From positions 310,001 to 374,000 of the forward strand of contig NEEC01000014.1 of the NCBI GenBank assembly GCA_002189035.1: a stretch of 64,000 nt of DNA. Direction: 5' to 3'. This document shows positions 1 through 13,163 of the stretch, in pieces. The position numbers were made by a program, and so were the translations under genes. A model generated the notes under the pieces. It had not been told where the DNA came from. It did not search any database and was given only the letters and a program-made list of their open reading frames with translations. How positions within the stretch are numbered: the first letter of the stretch is position 1; each line of letters opens with the position of its first letter. The DNA is from Utricularia gibba. Lineage: Eukaryota > Plantae > Magnoliophyta.

Positions 1-442
1 TTCTATTTCCCAATCCATCCACAGGGAGCCATATAACGTACTTGCATTCAAAGAGTGCACCACTAGACATGTTGATTTTGAGGGAATGAATTGTCATGTT
101 ATATAGAAATGTATATGGAGCACATCTCTTGTGTCGAGCCTCATAGCTCCGCAACTTGGAGATAAGATATAAAGAAGGTTTTCTCATCTTTGATCTTTGC
201 GTCAAGAGTAAATCATACCTACTATAGCAAGAAGGTCGATCGAATCCACTTGGAAGGAGGTCGGCTTGATGTTGGACTTGATAACTGCCCTCGTTAGGGT
301 TATGCCCATGCTGAGCATACCTTCGTGTCATGTTGTAAAGAAATGCCAAGATCGTCCCAAAAAGTAGAAAAAAGAAAACAAGTTTCAACCAATGTCTGCT
401 AGATTGTGTCAGTAACATCTTGAATGGTGTTTGGCGTTCCAT
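1..442 (-). CDS. FUT: GT37 alpha-1,2-fucosyltransferase (FUT family), 5' part; continues beyond the left window edge
   Basis: Open frame from ATG at 442 (GCCATGG context) to position 1: MERQTPFKMLLTQSSRHWLKLVFFFLLFGTILAFLY (type II membrane anchor)...LLPSGFDRPSCYSRY...KPSLYLISKLRSYEARHKRCAPYT...ECKYVIWLPVDGLGNR. These match GT37 hallmark motifs (GFDExSCxSRY, YLISKLRxYE, CKYVVW...GLGNR). Missed by the ORF track because no stop lies inside the window. Confidence 0.92.
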   Translation of the reverse strand, partial: MERQTPFKMLLTQSSRHWLKLVFFFLLFGTILAFLYNMTRRYAQHGHNPNEGSYQVQHQADLLPSGFDRPSCYSRYDLLLTQRSKMRKPSLYLISKLRSYEARHKRCAPYTFLYNMTIHSLKINMSSGALFECKYVIWLPVDGLGNR

Positions 443-1539
443 GGCCTGAACTTCAGATTACCTTCACTCGCACGTAGGATAATGTCAATGGAGATGGATA
501 ATTTATGATGAAGACATCATTGCACGAGATGAAAACCAGAGTTGAGCATACGCTATAATCGAATATGCAACATGAATCTTGAGGTTTCAAAGATTTTTAA
601 ACTATTCAAATCCATGCATACTCTTTGCCACAGCCCCCATCCTTAAGGCACTCTATAGATTCACCAAACATTGTACAATAATAGGCGTGCCAATCCACAT
701 TCGATTTTGCATTATATTATTTTATTACCTATGGTCAAATATTTCATGGTCGTCACAGTTTTGACCATAATGTAATTGAAGTGGAATAAGGTTGTGTACA
801 TTTTATTGAGTCGGCCCACATAGGCACGTTGTGTACGATTGGCTTAATTGTGCTTTTATTATTATTATTTTCTAAAGAATCATAAAACCAAAATTTGCTA
901 TTATTTTTTTATATTATTGTGATTTTTTAGCTTTTGTTTCCCACTTGTGTGACCATGTATCTGTGGGGGTGTACGTATTATCCAAAAAAATTCGAGAAGT
1001 CTGCAATAGATGAGATTTCTACACCCAAGGCACAAACCCAAATATTTCAGAATATATATTTGATATATAATAACATCCAAATATATCAGTACTTTATATG
1101 GATCTTATTTACTGAATCTATCTTCAAGATATAAGAGAATCCACCTTTGTCATTGTTGAAGGCTTCATACGTCCACATAGGATTATTGGGGAGACCCTTT
1201 GGAGGATAATTTTAGGAGTTAGGGAGGAACTTTTATCTCTTTGTTTCTACACGATCTATATTTGTAACACTGTATTTGATTCTATGATCTTTTTTTCTGG
1301 TTGTTTTGTTAAATTTATTCATCTTGTTCTAGTGAAATAATTTATCTAGCGTGTTTAGCGTCCATAACTTTTCCTTTGGATTTCAGAGTCACCAAAGTAT
1401 GTCCTTTGTCTTCATGTGTCTTCCAATCACTACACGCATCCATCCATCATCATAATCAAATTTGAACAGCTAGCTTATCGCTTTACATGGGAATACTATT
1501 TTCTACGATCCCTTAAAAGGGATTCCTAATGGATCTTAA

Positions 1540-1684
1540 CAAGTGCTATAAATAGCTCGTTTTCCTCATGAGATATGCATTCCCAAAAGCACAATAAGCA
1601 TTATGAAAATTGGGAATGCAAGATGATTTCGATAAACCGCTGTCACAGTTTGATGCTTCAGGGTGAGTATTATTTGGTTATGAG
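1540..1684 (+). pseudogene. Unidentified decayed gene start (TATA + short reading frame), split by the outer Copia; continues at 12563-12623
   Basis: CTATAAATAG at ~1549, then MQDDFDKPLSQFDASG*VLFGY|ESSILEGTAVAKRMVSA across the insertion. An uninterrupted paralog lies at ~36600-36790. Confidence 0.35.
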
Positions 1685-2134
1685 TGTAGACAAAGCCTTA
1701 ATGTTTATCAATTTTGAGATCCTGTAAACTCAACTGAATGTGTGTAAGGACACAAAATGTTTCAGGTAAAAACCGAGTTTTTTAGCTGGTAAAACCTCTT
1801 ATAATCTGGTTAATCACCCCAGATTTCAGAGTTCACTATAAACAAGAGGAAGCACACTTGATCACACACATAGAACAACTACAATGCACACCAGTGCAGG
1901 AAACACACACTCCTTGTGATCACTTCTCCAATAGCTTTTGTGATCATCCACCGTGCCCCACATCCAGACAGAATTCTCACTCCTTGGATCAGGTTCCACA
2001 CCTTGCTCCATATATCCACTTCCAAGATTTGTGGATTTAGTAGGAAGTGTAATTGTCAGGTGCATCTCACGCCTCACTTCCAACCTGTTATTGAGCAGCC
2101 CATTTGCACATTATGGACTTGCTTACCTCCTACA
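1685..2134 (-). repeat. 3' LTR of outer Copia
   Basis: Direct repeat of 12117-12562, roughly 10% or more diverged by eye. Confidence 0.93.
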
Positions 2135-3157
2135 ATCACCCCTTCAGGCTGGAAAGGGGGATCAGATTCAGAAACTGAACATTTGACTAGCCTACTTTAG
2201 CAGAATCATATGCTGTGAGGAGGCTAACACTTTTGTCAACGTATTTGCTATGTTATCAGCGGTCTTCATCTTTTCCAGCAGGAATTGATTCTGTTCCACC
2301 ATATCTTTGACCCAGCAATATCTCATGTCTACGTGCTTGGCTCTTGAGTGATATATATGATGTCTGCTCAAAATTAATGCACTCTGATTATCACAAAAAA
2401 TGGTTACCCTATATTCCTACAGACCAAGTTCTTCCATAAACCGACCAAGCCATATGGCCCTCCTTTCCAGCTTCAGACAAGGCCATATATTTGGCTTCGG
2501 TACTTGATAGAGCTATACACTTTTGTAATGTAAACATCCAAATGACTCTTGCTCCACCTAACAAAGCAATTAAACCAATCATAGATCTTCTTGTATCAAC
2601 ATCCCCTGTCAAATCAAAATCCACATACACACATGGGGTTAGGAACTTGCTGCCATAACATAGGTAGAGCTCAGCTGTCCCCTTTAGATAACGCACCAGC
2701 CATTTAGCAGCTTCCCAATGTTGGCGGCGTGGATTTGACATGTATCTACTGATGCAGCTAATTGCGTAAGCAATGTCAAGTCGAGTACTCAGCATTATGT
2801 ACATGACCGAATCCACCAAGGAAGGAAATGGCACGTTGTTCATTTCATGCTGCTCACACTCCTCATTTGGACAAAATTTGGTGGATAATTTAACACCAGG
2901 ATTCATGGGCATTGATAGTGACTGACTATCTCTCAACCCAAATTTTTCTACAACTTGGTTGATGTAGCGTGTTTGGTTGCTTAGAATCCCACGAGCTCCA
3001 TCTCATTCAATATCAATACCCAAAATTCTCTTAGTTGCACCTAAGTCTTTCATATCAAATTCTGACCTCAACTGCTTCTTGAGAGCATGAATATGCCTTA
3101 TATACTTACTGATGAGCGGCATATCATCGACATATAAAATCAAGATCACTACATCAT

Positions 3158-3984
3158 TGATAACACATATTTTTGAATAATGCACAGAAATTACTTATAT
3201 TGTGCTACAAAAAATCATGTTTTATTGTCTAGTTTTATATTTTTACGTATAAGTACTGTAATTGTGTTATTTTAGTCTTATTTGGGACTAAAAATCATAG
3301 ATTTAATCTCAACCTTCTAATAGTTTTATTAGAGCAATGCAGTACAAGTTGCAATACAAATCCCAAGGAGCCGAATATGAATAGTGTGGTGACAAAGGGT
3401 GAGACAGAAGTCTGAAAAAGAGTACACACAAAATCCAAGAAAAAGTAAAAAGGGGGATTTTGGACAAAAAGGGAGAAAAAATGGAGAGATAAGGCAGATC
3501 TACCTCATTGGAGACTCACGACATTCTTTCTGGAAAAGGTTTTTTTGAGGAGGAAGAAGGAGGAAGACAAACAGGAACGAAGCTGAAGTTTCAACACTAT
3601 TTTCTATTTTCGAAGAATATTACTCTTAACTAAGAGTAGCTAGCGACGTTTCTAGTTTCTATTGACATTTCACATTACTTGCTTGTTTAGTAATAAACAT
3701 ACATCCCTTAGGAGTTCCAAAGCATTACCCATTTTCTATTAGAAATCACTGAGTTCCAAGCTTATTACTTTTCTTTACTGCATTCCACCCTTAGTGCTAG
3801 TTAAGACCAATTCTACCACGTGACACTGATTTCATGTATTAATAATTACATGACAAGAACCTGCTCTTTGTGTTCGACCCTAATAACCATGCTCATAATT
3901 GTATTATGCTTTAATGTGTATTAGGTTATAAATTTATTTGATAGGAAAATTGCAATTTAACGACGTTGAATTTTTTGTTTATCA
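3158..3984. mobile_element. Solo LTR (probably Ty3/gypsy) inserted in the RT of the outer Copia
   Basis: TGATAAC...GTTTATCA termini with TCAT/ATCAT duplication. Removing it restores KSASDLCVYLKRLEDDVVILILYVDDM in frame. Homologous, in opposite orientation, to 19271-20441 and 29731-30924. Confidence 0.85.
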
Positions 3985-4047
3985 TCATCTTCAAGTCTCT
4001 TTAAATATACGCACAAATCAGAAGCTGATTTATGGAAACCAAGCTGC

Positions 4048-7000
4048 TGTTGAAGGATGATGTGGTTGGCCAGAGTCATCACGCTGAGTCTCACGAAGGG
4101 GAAAGAATGTGGCTAGGGTTCGAGGAACAAGAAGGCCGCTGAAATGAGCTAAAACCATGGACCACCGCAACAAACAAGGCCCACCTAAGCTTTGGAAAGG
4201 CCACAGGGGGGGCTCAAACCAGCCCAGCCTAACTCGCAATACATGGGATCATGAGCAACCAACCTCCACCACTTGTGCAACGGTAACATTTATAGCCGTT
4301 GGGAAAAACTCTATAAGTACTGAATCACACCTGTAACGAATAGAATTCTTTTCAGCAAAACAGATACAATAATATCAGTTATAGTTCAGTGACTAGAAGA
4401 GGCTCCAAGTTAGAGAGCTACATATCCTTTCATGGTAACAGCTGTGGGATAAAAGCAAGACTCTGCTCAAAGCACAGCAATCCCCTCCCAGGTTCCACGA
4501 CTAAACTACATTGTCTTACTACTAACCTTTCCTCTTAACAGGAAATTAGCTCTCCTCATGGCACTATCAAACCCAAGCTTACTACCTCCCCTCACTTTTG
4601 ACGGAAAAGACTACTCTAGATGGGCAGCCAAGATGATCAATCATCTCAAAACTCTAAAATTGTGGGAAGTCTTTCTGGACCCGCCACTCCTCGCTAACTC
4701 TGATGCTGTCCTAGCTGCAAAATGGGAGGAAAAGCAACTCTTAGCTAGAAGTGTCTTGGATGCAGCAATTGATGGGGAAGCCTACGACCATATAATACAC
4801 TGCAAGACCCCAAAAGCAGTCTGGGATACACTAACCTCTGAGTTCTCCATTACAGAAGAGAAAAAGGAGAAAGAGATCATTGCCTTATGGCGACTTATAG
4901 ACGACCTAACATTGGCCCCTAGAAGCTCCATGGCATCATTTGCTGAAACACTCCTACCTGCCATAAAGAGACTCAAAGCCCTAGGCGAAAATGTTGATGA
5001 CAGAAGAGTTAAGGAAAAAATAGTTGGAGTACTCCCCAGATCCTATAGTGCTGCTGTCACTGCCATAGTCACTACCGGGGCTTGAAAAAATTGACTCCTG
5101 CACAACTGATTGAGGCTCTAGAAGATGCTGAAATTCGAGACAAAAAATACCAAAACCAGGAAATCAACGATGGAGCATTCAAAGCCTCTCACATAAACTC
5201 AAGCAACAGAATGGAAGGAAAGGAAAGAAAAGGCGATCACCCCCATGTCCTTACTGCAAACAGAGAAACCATGTGCCCCAAAACTGTTTCTACCACCCTG
5301 AGAAAGTCTGCAACTACTGCCAAGAAAAGGAACACATCCAAAGGGTTTGCAAAGTCCGAAAGGAGGATGAACTGAAAAGGCACAAAGACTCTGAATATGG
5401 AACAAAGAATCATAAAGCAATGTCCATTGTATCTTCCTCCTTATGCAATGAACTAGAAGTAATTGATCTTTACTCATGTTGCAAAGACAAAATCTGTGTT
5501 ATGACTTCAGAACTCAAAGAGGATCAAACCTGGCTTGTCAATAGCGGGTGTAGCAACCACATCTGTAATGACCCCTCAAGCTTCACAACCTACAGACCCC
5601 TACATGGAAAGACAATAGAAATCGCTGATGGGAATGTCATTAAAGTACATGGAATTGGGACTGTGAGATTGAAGATGGAGGACAAATGTATTGATATCCA
5701 AGACACCTATTTTGTCCCACAAGCATCACATAATCTTATAAGCGTAGGACAATTGATGACTTGAGGTCGATCTGTGAACTTCATCGATGATCAGTTTGAA
5801 ATTAGTGCACCCTCTGGAAAACTTAACCTAAAAGTCAGGATGTAGAACAAGGTGTTTCCCTTGAGGACCCAAGACTTCTCTCACGCCACCACCACAATGT
5901 GCCTCTCCGCCAAGGAATCTGCCAACCTCTGGCACAAGAGATGCGGCCACCATAACTTCACATCCCTAAACAGAGTATAGAAAAATCAGCTGGTAACAGG
6001 TCTACCAATGCTAACTGCAAGCCATGATCTGTGTGAAAGCTGCCAATATGGGAAACTTGCCAGAAAACCCTTCGGACAAAGTATGAGGATAGCTACCAGA
6101 AAATTAGAGCTCATGCACAGCGATGTATGTAGACCTATGAGCACATGTACACCGGTAGGAAACAGGTATTACCTTATTTTCGTTGATGACTACACTAAAT
6201 TCTGCTGGGTGTTCTTCTTGAAAAACAGGTCCGAAGTGCTAGACTACAAAAAATTCAGAGTGCAAGCTGAAAATCAGAGCGGAGAAAAACTAAAAAATCT
6301 GAGGACAGATAATGGAGGTGAGTATACACCTGTGGAACTTGCCGAAATCTGCAATCAAGAGGGCATCATCCACCAGTTTACTGCACCCTACACAGCCCAG
6401 CAAAATGGAGTGAGTGAACGCGGAAACAGAACCATAACAGAAATGGCTAGATGCCTTATGTTTGAAAAGGAAGTGCCAATAGCTTATTGGGCAGAAGTAG
6501 TGAACACCTCTGTATACTTACTAAACAGACTACCTACAAGTGGAATTGCTGACTACAAGACTCCATTTGAACTATGGTATGACCGGAAGCCAAGTGTTGA
6601 TCACCTCAGAGTGTTTGGATCTGTATGCTACTCATATATACCGAAAGAGAAAAGAAAAAGTTAGATAAAAAGGCATAGATTGGAATTTTTATGGGATATA
6701 GTGAGGTTACAAAAGGATACCGAGTTCTACACTTGAATACTAAGAAAATAAGTATTAGCAGGGATGTGACATTTGATGAGTCCAGGAAGTGGGTGTGGAA
6801 CTATGGCATATCAGAGCTACAACCGATGGGAAACAGCTACCACACTCAACTTCTCAACTGCCTACAAACTCTAGAACCCGTAGAAGGTAGTGAAGCGTGT
6901 ACAACGATGACAAACATTGGACCAGAAGAGCAAAGTCAAAATTCAGCAAGAATACCCGCTCCAACTGACCCCCCACAATCGTTGGACCACTCACTCGCAC

Positions 7001-9383
7001 CTGAAGTACCAGCCAACCAAGCCGCCATACCTTATGTTACAAGCGAAACTGAAATCGAGAATGAACTGCCGCTCCAAGCTGACATTAACACAAATGAAGA
7101 AGTATCAGACACGGTAACTGAGAACGTGGGAAATGCATCAAGTGAAAGTACAGGCCTGTCAGAACATGAAGGGAACAATAGAACAGGGGAACCTCAAATA
7201 TATGATTGCCCTGATGGCTCCGGGGCTGACTCCCACGAAGGAGACACAGATGCAGAAACACCTTGCGATGGAATCTTCAGTAGCCCTCAAGACAAACCTG
7301 AAACACAACGGTACAGAGACATACACAACGTATATGACATATGTATGTGTTAAAGGCACCCGAGTCTATTTCAGAGGCCCTACAACATCCAGGGTGGAAA
7401 CTAGCTATGGATACAGAAATGGAGACTATAATCAGGAACAACACGTGGACCCTAGTGGACAGACCAAAACACAAGAAAGTTATAAGAACGAAGTGGTTAT
7501 TCAAACAGAAGTTAAATCCCGATGGCACTGTAAACAAATTAAAAGGAAGGATAGTAGCAAAAGGGTACGCACAAAGAGAGGGCATTGACTACTCAGATAC
7601 CTTTGCTCCTGTTGCCAGATTAGACACCATCAAGTTAATATTAGCACTCTCGGCATGCTTCAGTTGAAAGGTCTACCACTTGGATGTGAAGTCAGCATTC
7701 CTGAATGGTATCTTAACAGAGGAAGTATATGTAGAACAACCTGTAGGCTATGTGAAATTAGGGGATGAAGATAAGGTTTATTTACTCCATAAAGCCCTAT
7801 ATGGACAAAAGCAGGCCCCTAGACAATGGTACAGCAAAATTGACACTTACTTTCAAAGCCAAGGCTTCATGAGAAGTGAGAATGACCCAACACTATATGT
7901 ACTAAGCTACAATGACAAGGACAAGGTAATCATCTCATTGTATGTGGACGGCATTCTTATTACCGGGAGCAAGGAAGAACTTGTGGAGGAACAAAAGAAG
8001 CAACTCATGAACCATTTCGAAATGACAGACCTGGGAATTATGAGCTATTTCTTGGGACTAGAGATCTCTCAGACAGAAGATACTATATACCTTAGCCAAA
8101 CTAAGTGCGTGCATGACTTAATCCATAGATACAAGCTAAGCAAGAGAAGACATGCTTCTGTACCTCTCTCCCCATATGCAAAACCAGTAGCCATAGAAGC
8201 TGACACAACAGGGACCATCAGCGATCCTGGAAACTTGGCAAACGAAAAAGGTTACAGGAGCATAATAGGCTCTCTAATGTACCTGTCAGCAACTAGACTA
8301 GACATTGCTTTTCCGGTTGGACTACTCTCCAGATTTATGGGAAACTCGCACCAGAACCACTATGAAGCTGCAAAGAAAGTACTTAATTATGTGAGATGCA
8401 CTGCAAACCTCAGGTTAGCTTACAAGAAAAATTCTAACCCACACATCAAGTGTTTTGTGGACAGTGATTTTGTAGGTGACAGTACCGACTACAAATCGAC
8501 ATCTGATTACATCTTCTTACTTGGGGGAACCGCCTTTGCTTGGAACAGCAAAAAACAAGAAGTGGTTGCCCAGTCATCGGTAGAAGCGGAATACATAGTG
8601 GTAGCAATGGCAGCAAACCACGTTGCTTGGCTACTGAAAATTCTCAAGGATTTACAGATGGATCTGGACTAAACCATACCGCTCAATATAGATAACAAGT
8701 CAACTATCAGCATGGCAAAGAATCTAGTGGACTTCGGTCGATGTAAACACATAGCGATCAAATATCATGCACTCCGCAACTATGTAAGGAGCAAGGTGAT
8801 TGAGGTGGAGTACATACCCTTGATTGAACAGGTAGCAGATCCGCTTACGAAGCAGATGTACCCAAAACAATTCTGCTATTTGAGGGAGAAGATGGGTCTG
8901 AAGAACAGCCGCTCCATATGTCAAAATGAAGGCAACTTAGAGCCAAACCATCAAGGTGGAGTGTTGAAGGATGATGTGATTGGCCAGAGTCATCACGCTG
9001 AGTCTCATGAAGGGGAAAGAATGTGGCTAGGGTTCGAGGAACAAGAAGGCCGTTGAAATGAGCTAAAACCATGGACCACCGCAACAAACAAGGCCCACCT
9101 AAGCTTTGAAAAAGCCACAGGGGGGGCTCAAACCAGCCCAGCCTAACTCGCAATACATGGGATCATGAGCAACCAACCTCCATCACTTGTGCAACGGTAA
9201 CATTTATAGCTGTTGGGAAAATCTCTATAAGTACTGAATCACACCTGTACCGAATAGAATTCTTTTCAGCAAAACAGATACAATAATATCAGTTATAGTT
9301 CAGTGACTAGAAGAGGCTCCAAGTTAGAGAGCTACATATCTCCTCCAAAGAGGCTCCAAGTTAGAGAGCTACATATCCTTTCA
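4048..9383 (+). mobile_element. Full-length but mutated Ty1/copia (Ivana-like) nested in the outer Copia
   Basis: LTRs 4048-4432 and 8962-9383 (TGTT...TTCA), TSD GCTGC (4043-4047, 9384-9388), PPT TCAAGGTGGAG at 8951-8961. gag-PR-INT-RT-RH are spread over ORFs 4558-9056 with stops and frameshifts (FDGKDYSRW; HSDVC...RTDNGGEY; FAPVARLDTIKL; KKQEVVAQSSVEAEY). About 9-10 LTR substitutions by eye. Confidence 0.97.
4433..4450 (+). other. Primer-binding site complementary to a tRNA-Leu 3' end
   Basis: TGGTAACAGCTGTGGGAT directly after the 5' LTR. Matches 17/18 to the complement of the plant tRNA-Leu(UAG) 3' end as I recall it (ATCCCACAGCTGTCACCA); it is not the usual TGGTATCAGAGC. Confidence 0.75.
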
Positions 9384-12116
9384 GCTGCATCATGTATCCA
9401 TCAAAGTGTTTGTTTCACTTCATATGAGCTTGCTTCTGACCACAGAGGCTTCTTCGGAGTTTGTAGACCAGTTTCTCTCAATCCTTTGCTACAAAACCAG
9501 GTACTTGCTTCATGAAAATATCTTATTTTAACTCTCCATGCAAAAAGGCAGTTAATTATCCGGATGGTTGATAATTTTGCTATTGAAGAGAAGATTTCTT
9601 GATAGTCGACTCCCTCTTTTTGATGGAAACCCTTTACCACAATCCTTACTTTATACTTCCAAAGAGATTGCATCTCGTCCCTCAATGCTTCTAGCCATTT
9701 GTCTTTATCCAGTGATCACATCACATCCTCCACTGATTTTGGTTCACCTTCTTCTATGACAAGAATAAATTCATTAGTTGAATATCTTGTACTCGTAACC
9801 GATTTTATGCTAACCATCTTGACTATTCAAGCACAGGTGTAGTCCTCTTTGGAGCCTCATTTTGAGGTAAATCTCCTACTTGGCAGGAGCTGCCCACTTT
9901 TGGTTGAACCAAAGCAATGAGAGGCATATTTTCAACACAACTTTGCACTACCAAAGACTCTAAAATCAATCTCACTTCATCATCACCTTGGGACAGCTGA
10001 TCTGGGTGCTTTTGATCCTCCAAAAACTTCACATCTCTTGATCACACAACTCGTTTTTCAACAGGATCCCAGAATTGATAACCTATTTTAGGGTCTCCAT
10101 ACCCAGAAAAATACATGGTCTTGAGTGATCATCTCCCTTATTTTGTTGATCTGCTGGAACAAGAACAAAGGCTTTGCAACAAAATACTTCTAAATGGTCG
10201 AAATTCACCAATTTGCTCAGTCATTTTTCCTCTAAAATGCAGAACACAAGGGCCTTCTTGGGGCTCCTATTCGATAGATAACAAGCAGTTTTCAAAGCTT
10301 CCCCCCAAAACCTTGCAGCCTTGTATCTTTCAGCATGCATCACACCTTGTCAAACAAGGTTCTATTCAAACTCTCTACAATTGGGTAGTGTTGCTGTGTT
10401 CTAGGTTCTGTTGCCACTTTCGTGATACCCACCTCCAAGCAATACCATTTGAATTCATTACTGCAAAACTTGACTTCATTATCAGTCCAGAAGTACTTGA
10501 GTTTTGTTCTTGCTTCTCTTTCCACCATGCGATGAAATTGCTTGAAGTATTCAAACACATCAGATTTCTTTTTCACAAGACATATCTAGGTCTTTCTGGT
10601 GGCATCATCCACAAAGAGTAAGTAATGCCTCATCCCGCCAATAGTCGAGATATTTACAATTCCTTCAACATCTATGAAACCAACCTCTAACTTCCTTGCA
10701 TGCTTTCAAAAGTTAGATTGAAATGATACTCATTGCTATTTTCCATGGATACAACTCTAACAGCCACTTGTAGTCCCAAAGTATTCGATCTGACCGCTGC
10801 TCAATAATCATCGAACACCCATCTCAGATAAATGTCCCAACCTCCAATACCAAAGCTCATAGGATGTGGTTGAACCAGATATAGCATTCAGCTCAACCAT
10901 CTTGTGCTTGAGCTCTATTTTAACGTCCAGCCATGTGACCTTTCGCTATCATCAATGATTCTTTCAAAAGTTTCCATGCCCTGTCTCCCAAGCTATGTCT
11001 ATACCCTACGCATGCATCTAACTCTCGTGCAGACAGCAGATTCGCGCGTAGGGATGGCACATGTCGCACATCCTTGAGACGTAGTGATCTTCCCATATTT
11101 GTCGTTACCACTAAATTACCAACCTCTGCTACTTCTCAGGTAGAGTGATTCCCCATCTTCATGGTACTTGAGGTGCATCATCTATAATTTTCCAGCTCAG
11201 TTCTTCTAGAAGACGCATGAAAAGAGGCTTTCAAATCAACAAATCAGGATTTTTCTAAACACATCTCGCTGGCTTCCGCTAAGGAGTATGTTGTGGAATC
11301 TATTTTAGATGGTTCTTTGCCCTTCCACTCTTGTGATGCAGCTTGTTGAGACTATGGATAGCTTCGACAATCCTTTTGTAAGTGTTCCTTTTTCCCACAA
11401 TAGAAGCACAACCTTGTTTCTGTTTTCTTATTGTTCTTCCCATGTCTAGTATTGGACTTATCTCTCTTTCTGGAAGTATCTCTAGCACTACGGTTCTGGC
11501 AATCTTTTGACTGATTCTGGTGCTCTCCATCAGTGTAGCCAAGAGCGTTCTTAGCATCAAAACCTCTTTCCAGGCCAATATTGCATCTAGGAAACTTTTC
11601 TTGAAGCAATGCCATAGCCATCACATCATACTTCAGCCCACAAGTGGTAGAATTACTCAGTGTGATTACCAAAGTCTCCCAAGAATCAGGTAGCATGCCA
11701 TTTGCTGAATGGCTTGCATCTCTTCATCAAACTCATTTTCACAGACACCATCTGATCGACAATGTCTTTAAATCAACTTTGCTGCCTTGACATCGATTCT
11801 CCATCTTTGTACCGTAACCTAGACATCTGTTTGTATTGAGCTATCTTGTTGAGTGCATTGTGTGGACGAAACATCTCCTCCACATACAGTGCAATAAACT
11901 GTTGTCGATGCACAAATTCATTATCGCCACAACCTTCAAATGCAACAATTTCCAATCTGTATCCTCCATAGTGGAAGGTCTGCTTGCCCCTATCATGAAT
12001 GGCTCCCATAAGTCCTTGCATACTAGAATTGATTCAATCTTTGAATGCCATAACGAGTAGTTCGTGGTGTTCAGTGTTGGCACACCATGAACCTCACTCA
12101 TGGCTCTGACACCACT

Positions 12117-12562
12117 TGTAGACAAAGCCTTGATGTTTATCGATTTTGAGACCCTATAAACTCAGCTGAATGTGTGTAAGAATACGAAATGTTTCAGGTA
12201 AAAATCCAGCTCTTTGGCTGGTAAAACCTCCTATAATCTGGTTAATCATGCTAGATTTCAGAGTTTACTATAAACAAGAGGAAGCACACTTGATCACACA
12301 CAGAGAGCAACTACAACATACATCAATACAGGAAACACACTCCTTGTGATCACTTCTCTAGTAGCTACTATGATCATCCATCGTGCACCATATCCATATA
12401 CAACTCTCACTCCTCAGATCAGGTTCCACACCTTGCTTCTATACTCCACTTCCACGGTTTGTGAATGTAGTGGGAAGTAACTATCAGGTGTATCTCATAC
12501 CTCACTTCAAGCTTGTTATTGAGCAGCTCATTTGCACATTATGGGCTTACTTACCTCCTACA
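12117..12562 (-). repeat. 5' LTR of outer Copia
   Basis: Direct repeat of 1685-2134, adjacent to the PBS at 12103-12114. Confidence 0.93.
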
Positions 12563-12623
12563 ATGAGAGCAGTATCCTAGAAGGCACGGCTGTGGCGAAG
12601 AGAATGGTTAGTGCTGCTAATAT

Positions 12624-13163
12624 TGTTGAAGACACTGCTAATGTGTCTAGTAGGCTGGAAATTACACATGTGAAGGGTTGTTACTAATTAACAAAGGCTG
12701 CATCACTCTTATGAAGATGCTTGCGTGAAGTACTGAGAGCTCTACATTAATGAGTATGGTTGACAAGATGCAAAGGACATGTGGTTATAAAAGGCCATCT
12801 CCAGTACTTTTCACGAAGTGTGGTGTGAGCGTGGAGAAGAGTTAGTGAAATTTTGTCTAATTGCACGAAAGAGATGATTTACTACTACAAAGAAGCTCTA
12901 TTGGTAATTTTGTATTGTAGATCATTAATATGTTTAACACTTGAAGTGTTGTACTTCTACTAAAAACTCATACTAAATTTCATTGCTTGGAGTTTCCAAG
13001 CCCATGAGGTTTCCCAATTTATGGGTTTTACCTGGTAAATCTTGCTCTTATTTTTTTCTTTAATTTATTAACACTTCTTTGAGGGCATCATGTTGACCTT
13101 TTTGAGCATACGTTGGGCATTTAATCAAATTTGGAGTATTTCTTCATTTCCATATTTCCAACA
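12624..13163 (+). mobile_element. Probable Copia-type solo LTR
   Basis: TGTTG...CAACA termini, TATA-like ATAAAAGG, and a CCCATGAGGTTTCCC...GGGTTTTACCTGGTAAA U5-type motif. TSD only partial (AATAT/AATCA). Confidence 0.6.

Larger units (their letters stand above)
1685..12562 (-). mobile_element. Degenerate Ty1/copia LTR retrotransposon (Tork/Tnt1-like), host of two nested insertions
   Basis: LTRs 1685-2134 and 12117-12562 (TGTA...TACA), TSD ATGAG (1680-1684, 12563-12567), PBS TGGTGTCAGAGC (12103-12114, Met-i with 1 mismatch), PPT at 2135-2146. Fragments of gag (NYSLWHSKIESIL; CFYCGKKEHLQKDC), protease/integrase, RT (YVDDM) and RNaseH in minus-strand ORFs. Confidence 0.95.

Noticed and set aside
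4030-4239. Short ORFs repeated at 4030/8845, 26710/45906, 26133/45359 and antisense ORFs over real genes
   Set aside because: By-products of LTR or gene duplication and of codon bias on the opposite strand.
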